From Psammoneis japonica (taxonomy: Eukaryota), in NCBI GenBank assembly GCA_008632985.1, contig QPGO01000090.1, positions 1 to 64,000 of the forward strand: a stretch of DNA of 64,000 nt, written 5' to 3'. The translations under genes were made by a program, and so were the position numbers. Shown piece by piece: positions 38,301-52,200 of this stretch. Numbering within the stretch: the stretch's first letter is position 1; each line of letters opens with the position of its first letter. The notes beneath the pieces were generated by a model. It saw only the letters and a program-made list of their open reading frames with translations, did no database searches and had not been told where the DNA came from.

Positions 38301-41300
38301 TGTTGCCCATTTCCCTCTTCCTCTGCAGAGCAGCCCTCTTGGTGACAGTGCTGCCCACATGCCAGAATGTGCTCAAGATGCTTTCCATTTTGCCAGCAAA
38401 GATGCCCAACGCGGGGCTGTGTGGGCTCGAATCTCTCTCAAGACAAGCTGACATTTGTGCCTGGCACTGGCGGCAATGCTCAGCCCTCCTTCCTGTTTGA
38501 CTTCCCAGGAGTGTGCCCAGATCTCCTGCGTGCTGAGTGGCTCAACCACAAGAGTCGCTGTCTTTGTCAGTTTTGTCAGCAGGATGTGCCAAGGCTGCTC
38601 TGGCCATGTGTGCGCAAGGACAGCTGCGACAGTGCTTTCTGCTGTCAGCAAAGAGTGTGAGCTGGCTGGACTGCCCAACCCCACACTTCACAGCTCCTTG
38701 GCAGTCACTCCAAATCAAGTGCCAACTTGGGGTCAACCGCACCTGGCTGGCTGCAATGCAAAGACAGCTGTGGCAGCACTTTGTGACAACAAAGAGAGTG
38801 CGAGCTGGCTGGGCTCCCAACCCCACACTTCACAGCCCCTCAGCACTGGATCCCAATCAAATGCCAACTTGGGGCCAATGGCTGTGAAGCCATCATTGCA
38901 AATCCCTGTGCCTGCCCCCTCACACAGCTTTGCACAGGGTCAACATTTGTGGCCTTTGCAAGATGGGCCCTGGCTGGCTGCTGGCTCTTCAGCCACACGG
39001 CTTGCACAACAAGCCACCACAACACAGAGCACTGTGGGGTGAGTGCAGCACAGCCCAAACAAGCACACCATGCTGAGATCACCCAGAGTTGGCTGCTGTC
39101 CTGGGGCTCCATTCAAAGCTGGGCTGGGCTGCTTGGCTCCTTGGTGTGCAGCACATGCTTGGCATCACACTCTTGTTGCCAAGCAGCCACATGGCATGTG
39201 CCCACCATTTGTGCCTGCAACAGTGACCCCAGCCACAAAGAAGCCAACAAAAAGTTGAACCTGGTTTGTGGTTGAAGAGTGAAGAAACTGTGAGTGAAGT
39301 TTGGTTCAAGATTTGTTGGCAATGCCAAGTGGGCAACCAAAGAGAGGCGCCAAAAATGGCCATTCTCGCTCATTTCTCAAGAGGAGCTTGCGCTCATGAT
39401 GCAGGGTCTGAAGCAAGCACCAGCCAAGACAACAGTTTTTTCTCTCTGCCCCACTTAAAACACAGCCTTTGAGTCAATGTGGTGCTCCTTCAACAACTCA
39501 CGCACACTGGGAAGAGCAGCTGGAGCCAGGGCAGCTGGCCTGGCAGGGCTTGGCTGATGCCCAAGCTGGGCTGCTCAGCCTGGTGGCACACACTCAGTGC
39601 CACATTGTCACCCTCCTGCAACTGCAATGTGCCCCACTCTTTGCACCTGCAGCAACCACCCTGGATCAAAGAAGCCAGTGCAACTCTGGCCATGGTTGCA
39701 TGGTCAATTGTGTGTGTGTGTTCAACGGTTGATTCCCCTCTTTTTTTCTCTTTTCCTTTAACCGGCCACGAACATGAAAAAATTGCCCAATCTGGTAAAG
39801 ATTTCATGCTCGTGGCTGGTTAACGACAAGCCCATAGCCCAATCTCTTTGTCTGACTTCGAGCCAAAGTAAGCTAAATGGTTAGTGTAAATCGTTAAGTG
39901 TCATTTCCACTTCGACACAAAGAAAGCTAAATGGTTAGTGTAAATCGTTAAGTGTCATTTCCACTTCCATACAAAGACAGCTAAATGCTTAACGGTAGTG
40001 GTCAGATTTCAAAATCTGAGCAATACAGAAATGTCAATGATGAATAAGGATTTTAGATTGCTTCTGCCGTAAATATCATTACGCCAATGCCACTAATGAA
40101 TTCACAAATGAATTTGTATTCCATCCTTTTCCTGAACTTTGATCTATCGGCATTTTCGATACGAGTGCTCGACGCGATGACAATGAGGCATGCTTGTATG
40201 TGTCATGGCCATAAGCTGTGAGGCGTACCGTCACATTTGGATTGAACTCGGGGATCTTGATGTCGAAAGTAGCCATTTGTTTGACATTCGTGATTTTTCA
40301 TCGCCCACAAACTGGGATTTCAACTGAGTCGAGTTGATGTTGGACGTGTTTCAAAGCACTGCGTTTGATGAAACAATTGAGGGCTCTGGAATTATGGCAT
40401 TTTATGCCATGGAGACTTAAAACAGCAAATGGGTTGACAATCAAGCAGTGATCGGGTTTGCCAACATTTCCAAAAATGTGACAACAAAAGTTGCATCACT
40501 CAACAACCAACAACATCTCAAGAGATGGAAACAAGAAAAGTGACTCCTCTTTGCACTTGAATTAAAAGAGACAACAATGCACAACAAACATTTGAGAAGG
40601 ACAAGAAGCTCTTGAATGCATGGAACCAGAAGAGAGTCAATGAATCGCTCTTGTTTTGAACCTCTTGACCTGTTCTGTCCATGATGGTGGTTGGCTGAAA
40701 GGTTGGTGGTGGTTTTTTTGTGTGACTTGCAGCTTGAGGCATGTTGATGCATGAACACATGGCCCATGTGTGGTGTCACCTTTGGAAAGTGCCACTTGTG
40801 GAGCTTGAGTGGACAACTCTCTGTGCTCAAGCTTTGTCCGCCAAATGCTCCATCAAAGTCCAGATGATGCTGCCACATCCCACCCGACCATTGACACAAA
40901 ACAGTTCTTGCAAAATGTTGTTGCCCATTTCCCTCTTCCTCTGCAGAGCAGCCCTCTTGGTGACAGTGCTGCCCACATGCCAGAATGTGCTCAAGAATGC
41001 TTTCCATTTTGCCAGCAAAGATGCCCAACGCGGGGCTGTGTGGGCTCGAATCTCTCTCAAGACAAGCTGACATTTGTGCCTGGCACTGGCGGCAATGCTC
41101 AGCCCTCCTTCCTGTTTGACTTCCCAGGAGTGTGCCCAGATCTCCTGCGTGCTGAGTGGCTCAACCACAAGAGTCGCTGTCTTTGTCAGTTTTGTCAGCA
41201 GGATGTGCCAAGGCTGCTCTGGCCATGTGTGCGCAAGGACAGCTGCGACAGTGCTTTCTGCTGTCAGCAAAGAGTGTGAGCTGGCTGGACTGCCCAACCC

Positions 41301-42408
41301 CACACTTCACAGCTCCTTGGCAGTTACTCCAAATCAAGTGCCAACTTGGGGTCAACCGCACCTGGCTGGCTGCAATGCAAAGACAGCTGTGGCAGCACTT
41401 TGTGACAACAAAGAGAGTGCGAGCTGGCTGGGCTCCCAACCCCACACTTCACAGCCCCTCAGCACTGGATCCCAATCAAATGCCAACTTGGGGCCAATGG
41501 CTGTGAAGCCATCATTGCAAATCCCTGTGCCTGCCCCCTCACACAGCTTTGCACAGGGTCAACATTTGTGGCCTTTGCAAGATGGGCCCTGGCTGGCTGC
41601 TGGCTCTTCAGCCACACGGCTTGCACAACAAGCCACCACAACACAGAGCACTGTGGGGTGAGTGCAGCACAGCCCAAACAAGCACACCATGCTGAGATCA
41701 CCCAGAGTTGGCTGCTGTCCTGGGGCTCCATTCAAAGCTGGGCTGGGCTGCTTGGCTCCTTGGTGTGCAGCACATGCTTGGCATCACACTCTTGTTGCCA
41801 AGCAGCCACATGGCATGTGCCCACCATTTGTGCCTGCAACAGTGACCCCAGCCACAAAGAAGCCAACAAAAAGTTGAACCTGGTTTTGTGGTTGAAGAGT
41901 GAAGAAACTGTGAGTGAAGTTTGGTTCAAGATTTGTTGGCAATGCCAAGTGGGCAACCAAAGAGAGGCGCCAAAAATGGCCATTCTCGCTCATTTCTCAA
42001 GAGGAGCTTGCGCTCATGATGCAGGGTCTGAAGCAAGCACCAGCCAAGACAACAGTTTTTTCTCTCTGCCCCACTTAAAACACAGCCTTTGAGTCAATGT
42101 GGTGCTCCTTCAACAACTCACGCACACTGGGAAGAGCAGCTGGAGCCAGGGCAGCTGGCCTGGCAGGGCTTGGCTGACACCCAAGCTGGGCTGCTCAGCC
42201 TGGTGGCACACACTCAGTGCCACATTGTCACCCTCCTGCAACTGCAATGTGCCCCACTCTTTGCACCTGCAGCAACCACCCTGGATCAAAAGAAGCCAGT
42301 GCAACTCTGGCCATGGTTGCATGGTCAATTGTGTGTGTGTGTTCAACGGTTGATTCCCCTCTTTTTTTCTCTTTTCCTTTAACCGGCCACGAACATGAAA
42401 AAATTGCC
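29314..42408. mobile_element. Head-to-tail array of five 2.6-kb non-autonomous TIR elements (MULE/IS256-like or Merlin-like ends)
   Basis: Copies at 29314-31928, 31935-34549, 34556-37170, 37177-39787 and 39794-42408. Imperfect 30-bp TIRs: ggtaaagatttcatgctcgtggctggttaa versus ggcaattttttcatgttcgtggccggttaa. One 8-bp TSD CGCAATCT at 29306-29313 and 42409-42416. CAATCT spacer at all four junctions. Confidence 0.9.
29390..29510 (+). repeat. Subterminal direct repeats near the left TIR (present in every unit)
   Basis: aagctaaatggttagtgtaaatcgttaagtgtcatttccactt occurs twice, plus a partial third copy. Confidence 0.85.
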
Positions 42409-42568
42409 CGCAATCTTGCCCGTGAATGAACACGCATGTGAGCTTCGAAAGATCTCGAAGATGACGCCGAACACAAACGAATCTCGCTCGACGGCCATTT
42501 CATTCATAAAATACTCCGGGGAACCGCATCTATCCAATCTTGCTTGAAACAACAGCAACAGCATCGAC

Positions 42569-43633
42569 ATGTCTAATCCTCCTGAAGCCAAAAAGCAAAA
42601 GACCGAGTCCGAGTTGGATCAACTCAAAGCCTTTACGATTTGTGTGGCTGACACGGGTGATATCAACGCAATCAACAAGTTCAAGCCGCAGGATGCAACG
42701 ACAAATCCGTCCCTGATCTACAAGGCTGCCACCATGCCTGACTATGCTCACCTAGTTGATGACGCGGTAAAACACGGTGGAGATGACTTGAGCCTCGTCA
42801 TGGTAAGCCGACTTGAGCACATAGCACATGCAGGGCATTCCTCGGCTCAGCGGTATGTTTAACATCTTATGCTGCTCTCATCTCTTTCGTAGGACAAACT
42901 CGCAGTCAGCTTTGGAACGGAGATTACCAAGATTGTTCCAGGATATGTATCGACCGAAGTGGATGCCCGCCTCTCCTTTGATACAGAAGCCACCATTGCC
43001 AAGGCGCGCCAAATCATTCAGCTCTACAAGGAGGCGGGCATTGACAAGTCTCGAATCCTCATCAAGATTGCCGCCACGTGGGAGGGTATTCGAGCCGCCG
43101 AAGTTCTCGAAAAGGAGGGCATTACTTGCAATTTGACTCTCATTTTTAGTCTTGCTCAAGCCATTGCATGTGCCGAGGCGGGTGCCACCTTGATTTCGCC
43201 CTTTGTGGGGCGCATCATGGATTGGTACAAAAAGGAAGAGGGAGTGGATGGATACAGTCCAGCAGACGATCCCGGTGTCAAGTCGGTCACTCAAATCTAC
43301 AATTACTACAAGAAGCACGGTCACGACACGATTGTCATGGGTGCTTCCTTTCGCAACAAGGGCGAGATTTTGGAGCTGGCTGGATGCGATCGTCTCACCA
43401 TTTCTCCCGCTCTGCTGGACGAGCTCACTTCTGGCGACAGCGAGGTGGATCGCAAGTTGGACGCCGCAAATGTGGCGGATATGGATATTGCAAAGATCAG
43501 CATGGATGAGAAGACCTTTCGATGGATGCTCAATGAAGATCCAATGGCCACGGTGAAGCTCGCAGAGGGGATTCGTAACTTTTCTGCCGATATCGTCAAG
43601 CTCGAAAAGATTGTGAAAGAAAAGATGGGTTAA
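42569..43633 (+). CDS. TAL: Transaldolase
   Basis: [37 protein letters not shown] and TIVMGASFR. Intron 42803-42892. Confidence 0.95.
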
Positions 43634-44225
43634 GCAAGGGCTTGCATGAAAGTTGGAGATGTTATGCAATTAATTATGAAGGTATCGTACGTGATGTGGA
43701 GTGTGGAGGGATGATGTGCGAGATATATAAGTTCATTCAATAGTGTTTAAGATTTGAGTTTGCTTTTCAATGATGCGAGTTCTACGAATCATAAGCTTCA
43801 GAAGTTCAGAGGAAAGGTGGCAAAAGAGGAGAACTGTGCAAAAATTTTGAGAGAGATGTCGGAGAGGAAGTAAGTGATAGTCTAAAAGGGATGGTCAGCG
43901 TTACTTTTCCATCCAGCAACAGGATCTTTCCTGCGTACCTCCAGACATTAGAAAGACCATAGACAAAAAATCATACTGTTGAGGGCTTATTTCTGTTGTT
44001 CAAAAAGATGTCCGACGTCACGAAATAACTTATGAAGTGGAATGTCCTATGAATAGGGCACAGTTATTGTAATCGTAAGAATGACCCTCCCCCCTCCACT
44101 TTTTCTCGGGCGTCACAAAAACTCTTTGTGACAACTAACTGTGGACGAATAATCCACTTGACAAAAACGGAGGAAGCACCTCTCGAAAGAACCGAGCATT
44201 AGCGAAGAATCAAAACCATTGTACG

Positions 44226-47200
44226 ATGCACAATACAGAGTTCAAGGTCAGTTTGTTCCTGTTGGGCTGCCTGGTAATGTTGATTTCAATTGTCGTCTCG
44301 GCCGGAGAAGATACTGAAGGAATTGCCGTTTGGGCAACACCACCGGGTTATGCTGAGTGGAATGGCACTGGATTCTCGGGAAAAGATTATGTGAAAGCAA
44401 CTGGGGATAGATGGCTAGGGACTCGGGGCGCCTTCGCACCGACGCGTGATGAAGCCATCGTTGTTGGTATCACTACAGAATTGGTAGTCACGGCTCAAAT
44501 GTACTCTGGCGGAAGCTGGAGTGCTCTCCCCTTCTCACCTCTGGATGAAAGTGCAACCCAACGTTATCAACATGGATTTGATGTTGCATACGAATCTGAA
44601 AGTGGAAACGCCGTTTTGGTGTACACTAAAGGAGTGGAAGATGTGATATATTTTCGAACATGGAATGGCGCTGAATGGAGCCCAGAATCTCGAATGGATT
44701 CTCCAGTCAAAAGTGGCACTAAAGATCAACTTCGACTGTTTTTGGTGGCCAGCCCTAAATCAGACGAAATGATTTTAGCTGGCGCCGCGTCGGGGCTCTC
44801 TGACTTTTGCATGGTGTGGAATGGGAAAGCATTTGACGATGTGCTAGTTCTTGGAACGAAGACTGCCGGCACCAAAACGATTAATGTAGCTTATGAGCAA
44901 ACCAGTGGCAGAGCAGTTGCTACTTATGCCTTGAGACGATCATTGAGCCTAGGATATCGAATGTGGACTGGTTCCAGGTGGAGTAACGAGTATTCTCTCA
45001 CGCCGCCAAAAGCAATCTCTGGGGACCGCATCCTGCAATTGCTCGTGAACTCGGATGCATCTTCAGGTCGTCTTGTGTTAGGTGTGATAACTGTCCCAGA
45101 CAATTCTATCTGGGTGGCCATCTGGGACGGAAACCGTAGTTGGGGATCGACAGAAGTGGTTAGTTCTGGCTTCGATGGCAAATATGTCGATGGCATGGAC
45201 GTCGCGTTTGAAAGTGTATCAGGAAAGGCTCTTGTGACATACAGAAAAGAACAAGGAAACAACATGTATTATAGAGTTTGGTCAAACAATTATTGGTCGA
45301 ATGAAATGACTGGACCAGACGTTGGAGAACAACCGAAGAAGGCTTGGTTATTCTCTTCGCAGATCGGAAATAGCGTAATGCTTTCAGTCCAACACGACAA
45401 CGAACAAGCCAGTTTCTGTCTATGGAATGGGGCTAGTTGGGAGAAAGTCTACAAAATGACAAACAACGGAAACAGTGGTAGTCCGCTTTTTCTGTGGAAA
45501 ACGGCAAGTGTGACGAGCAAACTAACCGCTTCGTCTTCAATACAGTCGACTTCGTCCCCGACATTGCATCCTACCCGAATTCCGACGTCAGCACCAACCC
45601 GTGCTGTAACAAAGGACCCGACTGTAAAGCCCACGATATCCCCAACACTTCATCCATCTCAGTCGCCAATAAAGACGCCAACAAAGACACCAACGGGCAG
45701 CCCATTTCCACCCACCACTCTCCCGTCTTCTTCGCCTACAGTGAGGCCAGCGCTTGCTCCAACAAAACTCCCACAGCGAAACCCAGTCTGTCGCCTACTC
45801 TCGCCTCCAGTCCAATGCCCACGAGATTTCCAACATCATCTCCAACAGATTCCGTCACACAAGAGACGGTGCTAAAGCAAATTGCTCCTCCCAATTCCTC
45901 CCCAATGGGCCCGTCAGCACCTCGACCTACTCCTCATGAATCAGCGCAAAAAATTACAGGAATGACCTGCTCATCAAATAATGAATGCATTTCAAGAACA
46001 TGTCGAAACGGAGCATGCATGGCTTCTCGTGATTGTTACCCAATCAAGCACAACTACGGGACACCGTTTCACACCAACGCGGTTAACCTTGTATTTGTCG
46101 GTTCGGGGTTCGACTCGAGCACTCATGATGCCTGGCGTGAACAGGTTACGAGGACAAGTTACTTCTTTGGTAATTACAACATGCTTGGAAGAGATGTTGA
46201 TCAGCTGAATGTCTTTTATGTTGACCCCCCGGAAATCAGCGGATCGTTCTGTGATTTTGGATGCACCGGTATCGATCGTCTTCTGTAAGTTTTATGTAGC
46301 GCTATATGTTTGAGGACCAAGCGCCAACTTACCGAACTCTTTTCTCTTTTTTGATATCCAGGTGCTGTGACATCGAGACTACTGAAACCCTTGCGAGCAA
46401 GTGTTTTTCAGTAGGTGCCAACTTGCAAAGTATTGTAATCCATAATAATGAAACGTACGGAGGAGCTGGGTATCCTAACAAGAACATTGCCACTATTTCT
46501 ACCCATCCAAATGGAGCTCTCGTTGCAGTACATGAGCTCGGTCACTCGATGTTCGAATTGAATGATGAATACTCCTACGGAGATGGAGGTAGCGATGATC
46601 CTAACTGCTCTGTCACGAGCTCATGTGAGAAATGGTCCGACCTTATCGGAAACAAACCCTCGGGCTACAACAAGGTCAAGTGCGTTCCAGGATGTCAAGG
46701 AAACAATTACTTTGTGTCAGGATCATCGTTCATGAAGGGTTTGGGGGGGTCTGTTGGAGCAGTGAACGAAAGGTTTGCTTGTTGCACTTATCTTTCGCTC
46801 ACAAAAACCTTTCCTAAGTACTGTGAAGTGTTCAATGTTTCTCCCAACTATCTCCACGACTACTGCAAGAACAATGATTATCAACGATATGGCACTGCAA
46901 ACTACGAGAATGACACGGCCCTTCAGATCAAGTCATCTTCAATGCCTTTCGATGCCATCGTCGACACCACCAAATACATGTATCTTCAAGATCCATTGCT
47001 TGTAAAAGTGAGGTTGAGGCGAAACGGTAAAGCGGTAGTAAGAGATGAGCCGGTTCCTTTGCCGCAAGGAATGTATTTCAGGGCCAATGTTCAAGGAGAC
47101 TTTCGGCGCATAAGGGACGCCAAAAAAGAAGGTGTCGAAACTTTGGTAAAGGTGAAAGTGTTCTATGACTCTGGGAGAGAAATGTACTTTCTCTCTCGAA

Positions 47201-47364
47201 ACACAACAATTGATGTCCCCATGTTGCCACCTGGAGACGACGATAATGCAAAAGATGGTACTCATCGACGAGTTTTCAAAGCTTCGAAAGTAGTGGACCT
47301 GGTTTTGGATAAAAAAGGTAGAAGGATCAAAAGATTCCGTGGACAGATTGTCAAAACAACATAA
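44226..47364 (+). CDS. Secreted multidomain protein: Trp-rich repeat domain, P/T linker, M64-like zinc metallopeptidase
   Basis: Signal peptide; repeats of the type YRxWxGxxWSxE; VNLVFVGSGF, YGGAG and HELGHSMFELNDEY. Frameshift near 45770 and intron 46285-46361. Confidence 0.7.
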
Positions 47365-47763
47365 TTGAGTTGTGGATAGCGGACGAAGTGATGTTCCAAT
47401 TAAGATCAATCGGATCTAGTCCAATGTCACCCAGGCCGGGCCCTTCTTACAAATGGTCTTGCGACTAGTAACCTCACCCCTCAGCCGATACGACAAAGAC
47501 CCTTAGATCCACGGCCAAAAGGCGTTCTTAGACCTCACCTTGGCCTAAAACATCTCATGATTTAAAAAAAATTCTGTATCCTTTCATTGAGTGAGCAGCG
47601 ACACGAGCTCAGATTTTTAAACGATAAAAGGTTTTGACAGCGCATTACGTCCTATTACTGTGTATCATAAGGCCCGATTGGCCCCTGCTGACGTCCAACG
47701 CAATCCGCCACAATCTATTATTCGATCGAAAGCGTAAGAAAGTTGGGCATATTCAGTGCACAT

Positions 47764-49024
<1,261 letters not shown>

Positions 49025-49289
49025 CTACCGACACAGAAACGGAATAAAAGTAGATAATGGGATGTTCAATCAATGCGCCGTCGGCATCTGGTGACAGGTT
49101 TGAAGGTGATGGTGTCAAAGTTCCACAAAAATAAAGGCGGGAACACGTACTTCAGTAACCCGGATGACGGGCAAACAATTTCGCACTCAACTCCATCCCA
49201 AGCCACCGCACTCTATCTGCCGGTGCTGCCACCACTCTACTCTCTAGCTAGCTAGAGTAGAGCTAGCCACTGGTGGCTAGAGTTCCGTC

Positions 49290-52200
49290 CCTGCCCTGTT
49301 CCCACGGTGCGTTCTCTCGCCAGCCTGCAACCACTCTAGCCAGAGGGTCATCCATTTCCTCAGGGAATTCCTTCTTGTTTGGCCCTGAATTTCCTTGGAC
49401 AAGGAAAGAAAAGGAATTGTCGTGATTTGCCGTGTGGTTTGTTTTGATGTGGTCCTTTCACCCAGTGGTGGCAGATTTGTCTGGAGCCTGTGGCTGCCAA
49501 AACACTTTGTGCATTGCACTTGACGGGTGAGGCAGACGCCGATGGGGGGCATGTTGCCAGATGAGAAAAAATTGGTTGTTGTGATGTGCTGCATGCGAGC
49601 AAGTTGCAAGCAACACACGGTGCTTTCGTCCAGCAGTTGACTCATCTGGTCACAGGTGGGAAGAGCCCACAGCTGCCAAAACAGTTTGAACACTGCAGCA
49701 ACTGCACTCAATGAGCAAGGTGGGTGCCATTGGGGGGCATGTTCTTGAGGACAAAGAGGCGAGCTTCCAGGGTCTCTTCCAGCATGTTCTCTCCAACCAA
49801 GCAACCAAGTCCACAACAAGCTTGAGCTGGGAGAAAAGACATTCAACAGGAGATGCACTTGAGACTTGAGCCAGAGCAACAAGACAAACAGCACTTTGCA
49901 AAATCTTCAAAGTGTGGCTTGTGGCCCCACCACAAGCATCAAGCTCACCTTGCCTTCTCAGACAGATCCTCCTCCCAGGTCCCAGGACTTGCACTTCACT
50001 TCATGAGCCAATGCTTTTCTTCAGCTTTCTTCTGGTTCATTTCTGCCAGATTCTTGTTGTGAGATGTGCTGCTCCTTCAACAGAGCCCCAAAATCACATG
50101 TTTGGAGCATTTGCTGCTTGAGTCAACCTGCCTGCTTGATTGCACAGTCCTCCAATGAATTCATTGGCAAAGTGACAGAGCCTGGTGGGTTGAGCATGCT
50201 TGCCACTTCAATTGCCTTTCAAACCTCACAAATTTTGCCATTGTTGGTGCCAAAACACATCTCCTTGTGATGCTCATGAACTGGCCCAATGACGGTTTTG
50301 CCATGGTTGATGAAATTTGCCTTGCTCTCACCTCCTCCTGCTTCATTTTGAAACATTTTTGTCTTGAACTGCCACCTTCTCAAGAAGCTCTTTTTCTGTG
50401 TCTTCCACCTCCTTGTCAAGATTCTCCAGTGCATCTGCTTCTTCAACAACAGGGTGTGGTGGTGCTGCCACAGGAGTGGCAACTTCTTTGTGACAGCAAG
50501 CATGAGCACCCAATGCTGATGGTGACCACAGCCCCTGCCACCTGTCTCAGCCTCACAGACCTCTGCAGATGCTCCATTTGCTGCTGCTGCTGTGGCAGCA
50601 TCTCTTGCTTCTTCTTTTTGCTCAAGTTTGTTGGCGAGTTCCACAATCTGCAAATCAAACTCACCACAGGGGCAACAAGCTCTTCCACCCTTTCTGCCAA
50701 CTTTTTGAGAAAAGGATGTGGGGTCCTGTTTTCAACAGTGGACGCCTTGAGTTTCAGCAACTCCTCATGAGCAACAAAGGTTGGGGTGTCACCTTCAAGA
50801 ACACGTGCAGCCAATGCAAAAAATGACACCCAGCATCCACTGCAGCGGCGGTTTCAATGATTGCCCTTGCCACGGTTGTGTCATTGGTGCTTTGGTGCTT
50901 GATTGCCTTTTTTGTGACTTGGTGGAACAATCTCTTGCAGCTCATTTCACTTCTGCTGCAAGGATCTTCTCAAGAAACAATTTGGCATGCTGATGGGCCA
51001 TCTCCCACTCAACCCACCAACAAATGCCACCCTCTTCACCAATGGCTTGACACCAAACTCCTTCAGGAATGACAGATGAGCATTTCCTTGGTGAGGCTGA
51101 AAGACTTTGGTTGGAAGCTGTCTTGCTTTTTTTCCAACGTGTGGTCCATTGGAGCTCTTCCAGTTGCTGCAGACAGAGTGGAGACTTTCTCAATGCTGCT
51201 TGTTTTTGCACTTCTTGAGTTTTGCATGGTGATCTGTTTTGTTTTGCCTTTTTTTTGATCCATGAACATGCCATGACATGTTGCAGAAAGCTTGTTTGGG
51301 AAGTCTTCCTCCATCAATTGTTTCTGGCAGTTGGCTTTCTTTTTAGTGCTGCCATTCTTGCAGCATTTCTTCTTCAGCTGAATGCCGCCAGCAGTGGAAG
51401 AGGAGCCTTGGGGAAGCTTTCTTGTCTTGCGTTTCTGACCAGCTTTGTGCTTCATTGATCCAGGGCACACATGCAGGGTCATCTTTGTCCTCATTGTTGC
51501 TGCCATCAACACTGCTGTGACAGTCCTTTCCCATGCCAGTGCGGGTGCCAGCAGCAAGGTCAAGAGCTGAAGAAACTGCCACTGCACACTTCTGGTGCAA
51601 TTTTTCCTTGATCCAGGCACACATGCAGGGTCATCTTTGTCCTCATTGTGTTGCTGTCATCAACCCTGCTGTGAGAGTCCTTTCTCCCATGCCAGTGCCC
51701 ATGCCAGTGCAAGTGCCAGCAGCAAGGTCAAGAGCTGAAAAACTGCCACTGCACACTTCTGGTGCAATTGCTCCTTGTCAAGGTGTGGCTGCAGCACATG
51801 AGCAGCTGCTTCAACAACTGCAGTCCATTTTCCCAACAATGAAAATCTTGCATGTTTTGGTCACATGTTTTCAGTTCTCTCTTCGAGTGCTCAACAACAT
51901 TTCTCAAGGTCTGAACAGCTCTCTTCGAGTTGTTGTTCACACCAAGGAGCTTCTTGTTGTGGCGTGAATCTGCTGCTGCTGCTTGAGCATCTTCAAAATT
52001 TTCCTCCTCCTGCAAGGAAACCCAAGGCCATTGAGACTTCAGCTTTTGGCTTCTTCTTCTGGGTCCTTGGGGCAGACAACCACAATGTTTTCATCAGCAC
52101 AACATGTCATGACTGTGGCAAAAATGCCTTTGTTGGGAGCAACAGACACCATGCCTTTTGTCATCACCGCTCCTCCCAACATTGACTTGTGACTTCCTGT

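Noticed and set aside
29961..42400. The many 60-210 aa ORFs in the array and other depleted blocks as genes
   Set aside because: They overlap in all frames and are Tyr-free and Cys/His/Gln-rich, as expected when TAA/TAG/TAY codons are lost.
29314..42408. The array as a pure assembly artefact
   Set aside because: Shared diagnostic substitutions and a junction sequence distinct from both flanks argue it is real, although the exact copy number needs read support.
49250..49292. Helitron 3' end (hairpin plus CTAG, minus strand) or hAT TIR starting TAGAGTTCC
   Set aside because: No matching other end, TSD or Rep/helicase remnant was found.
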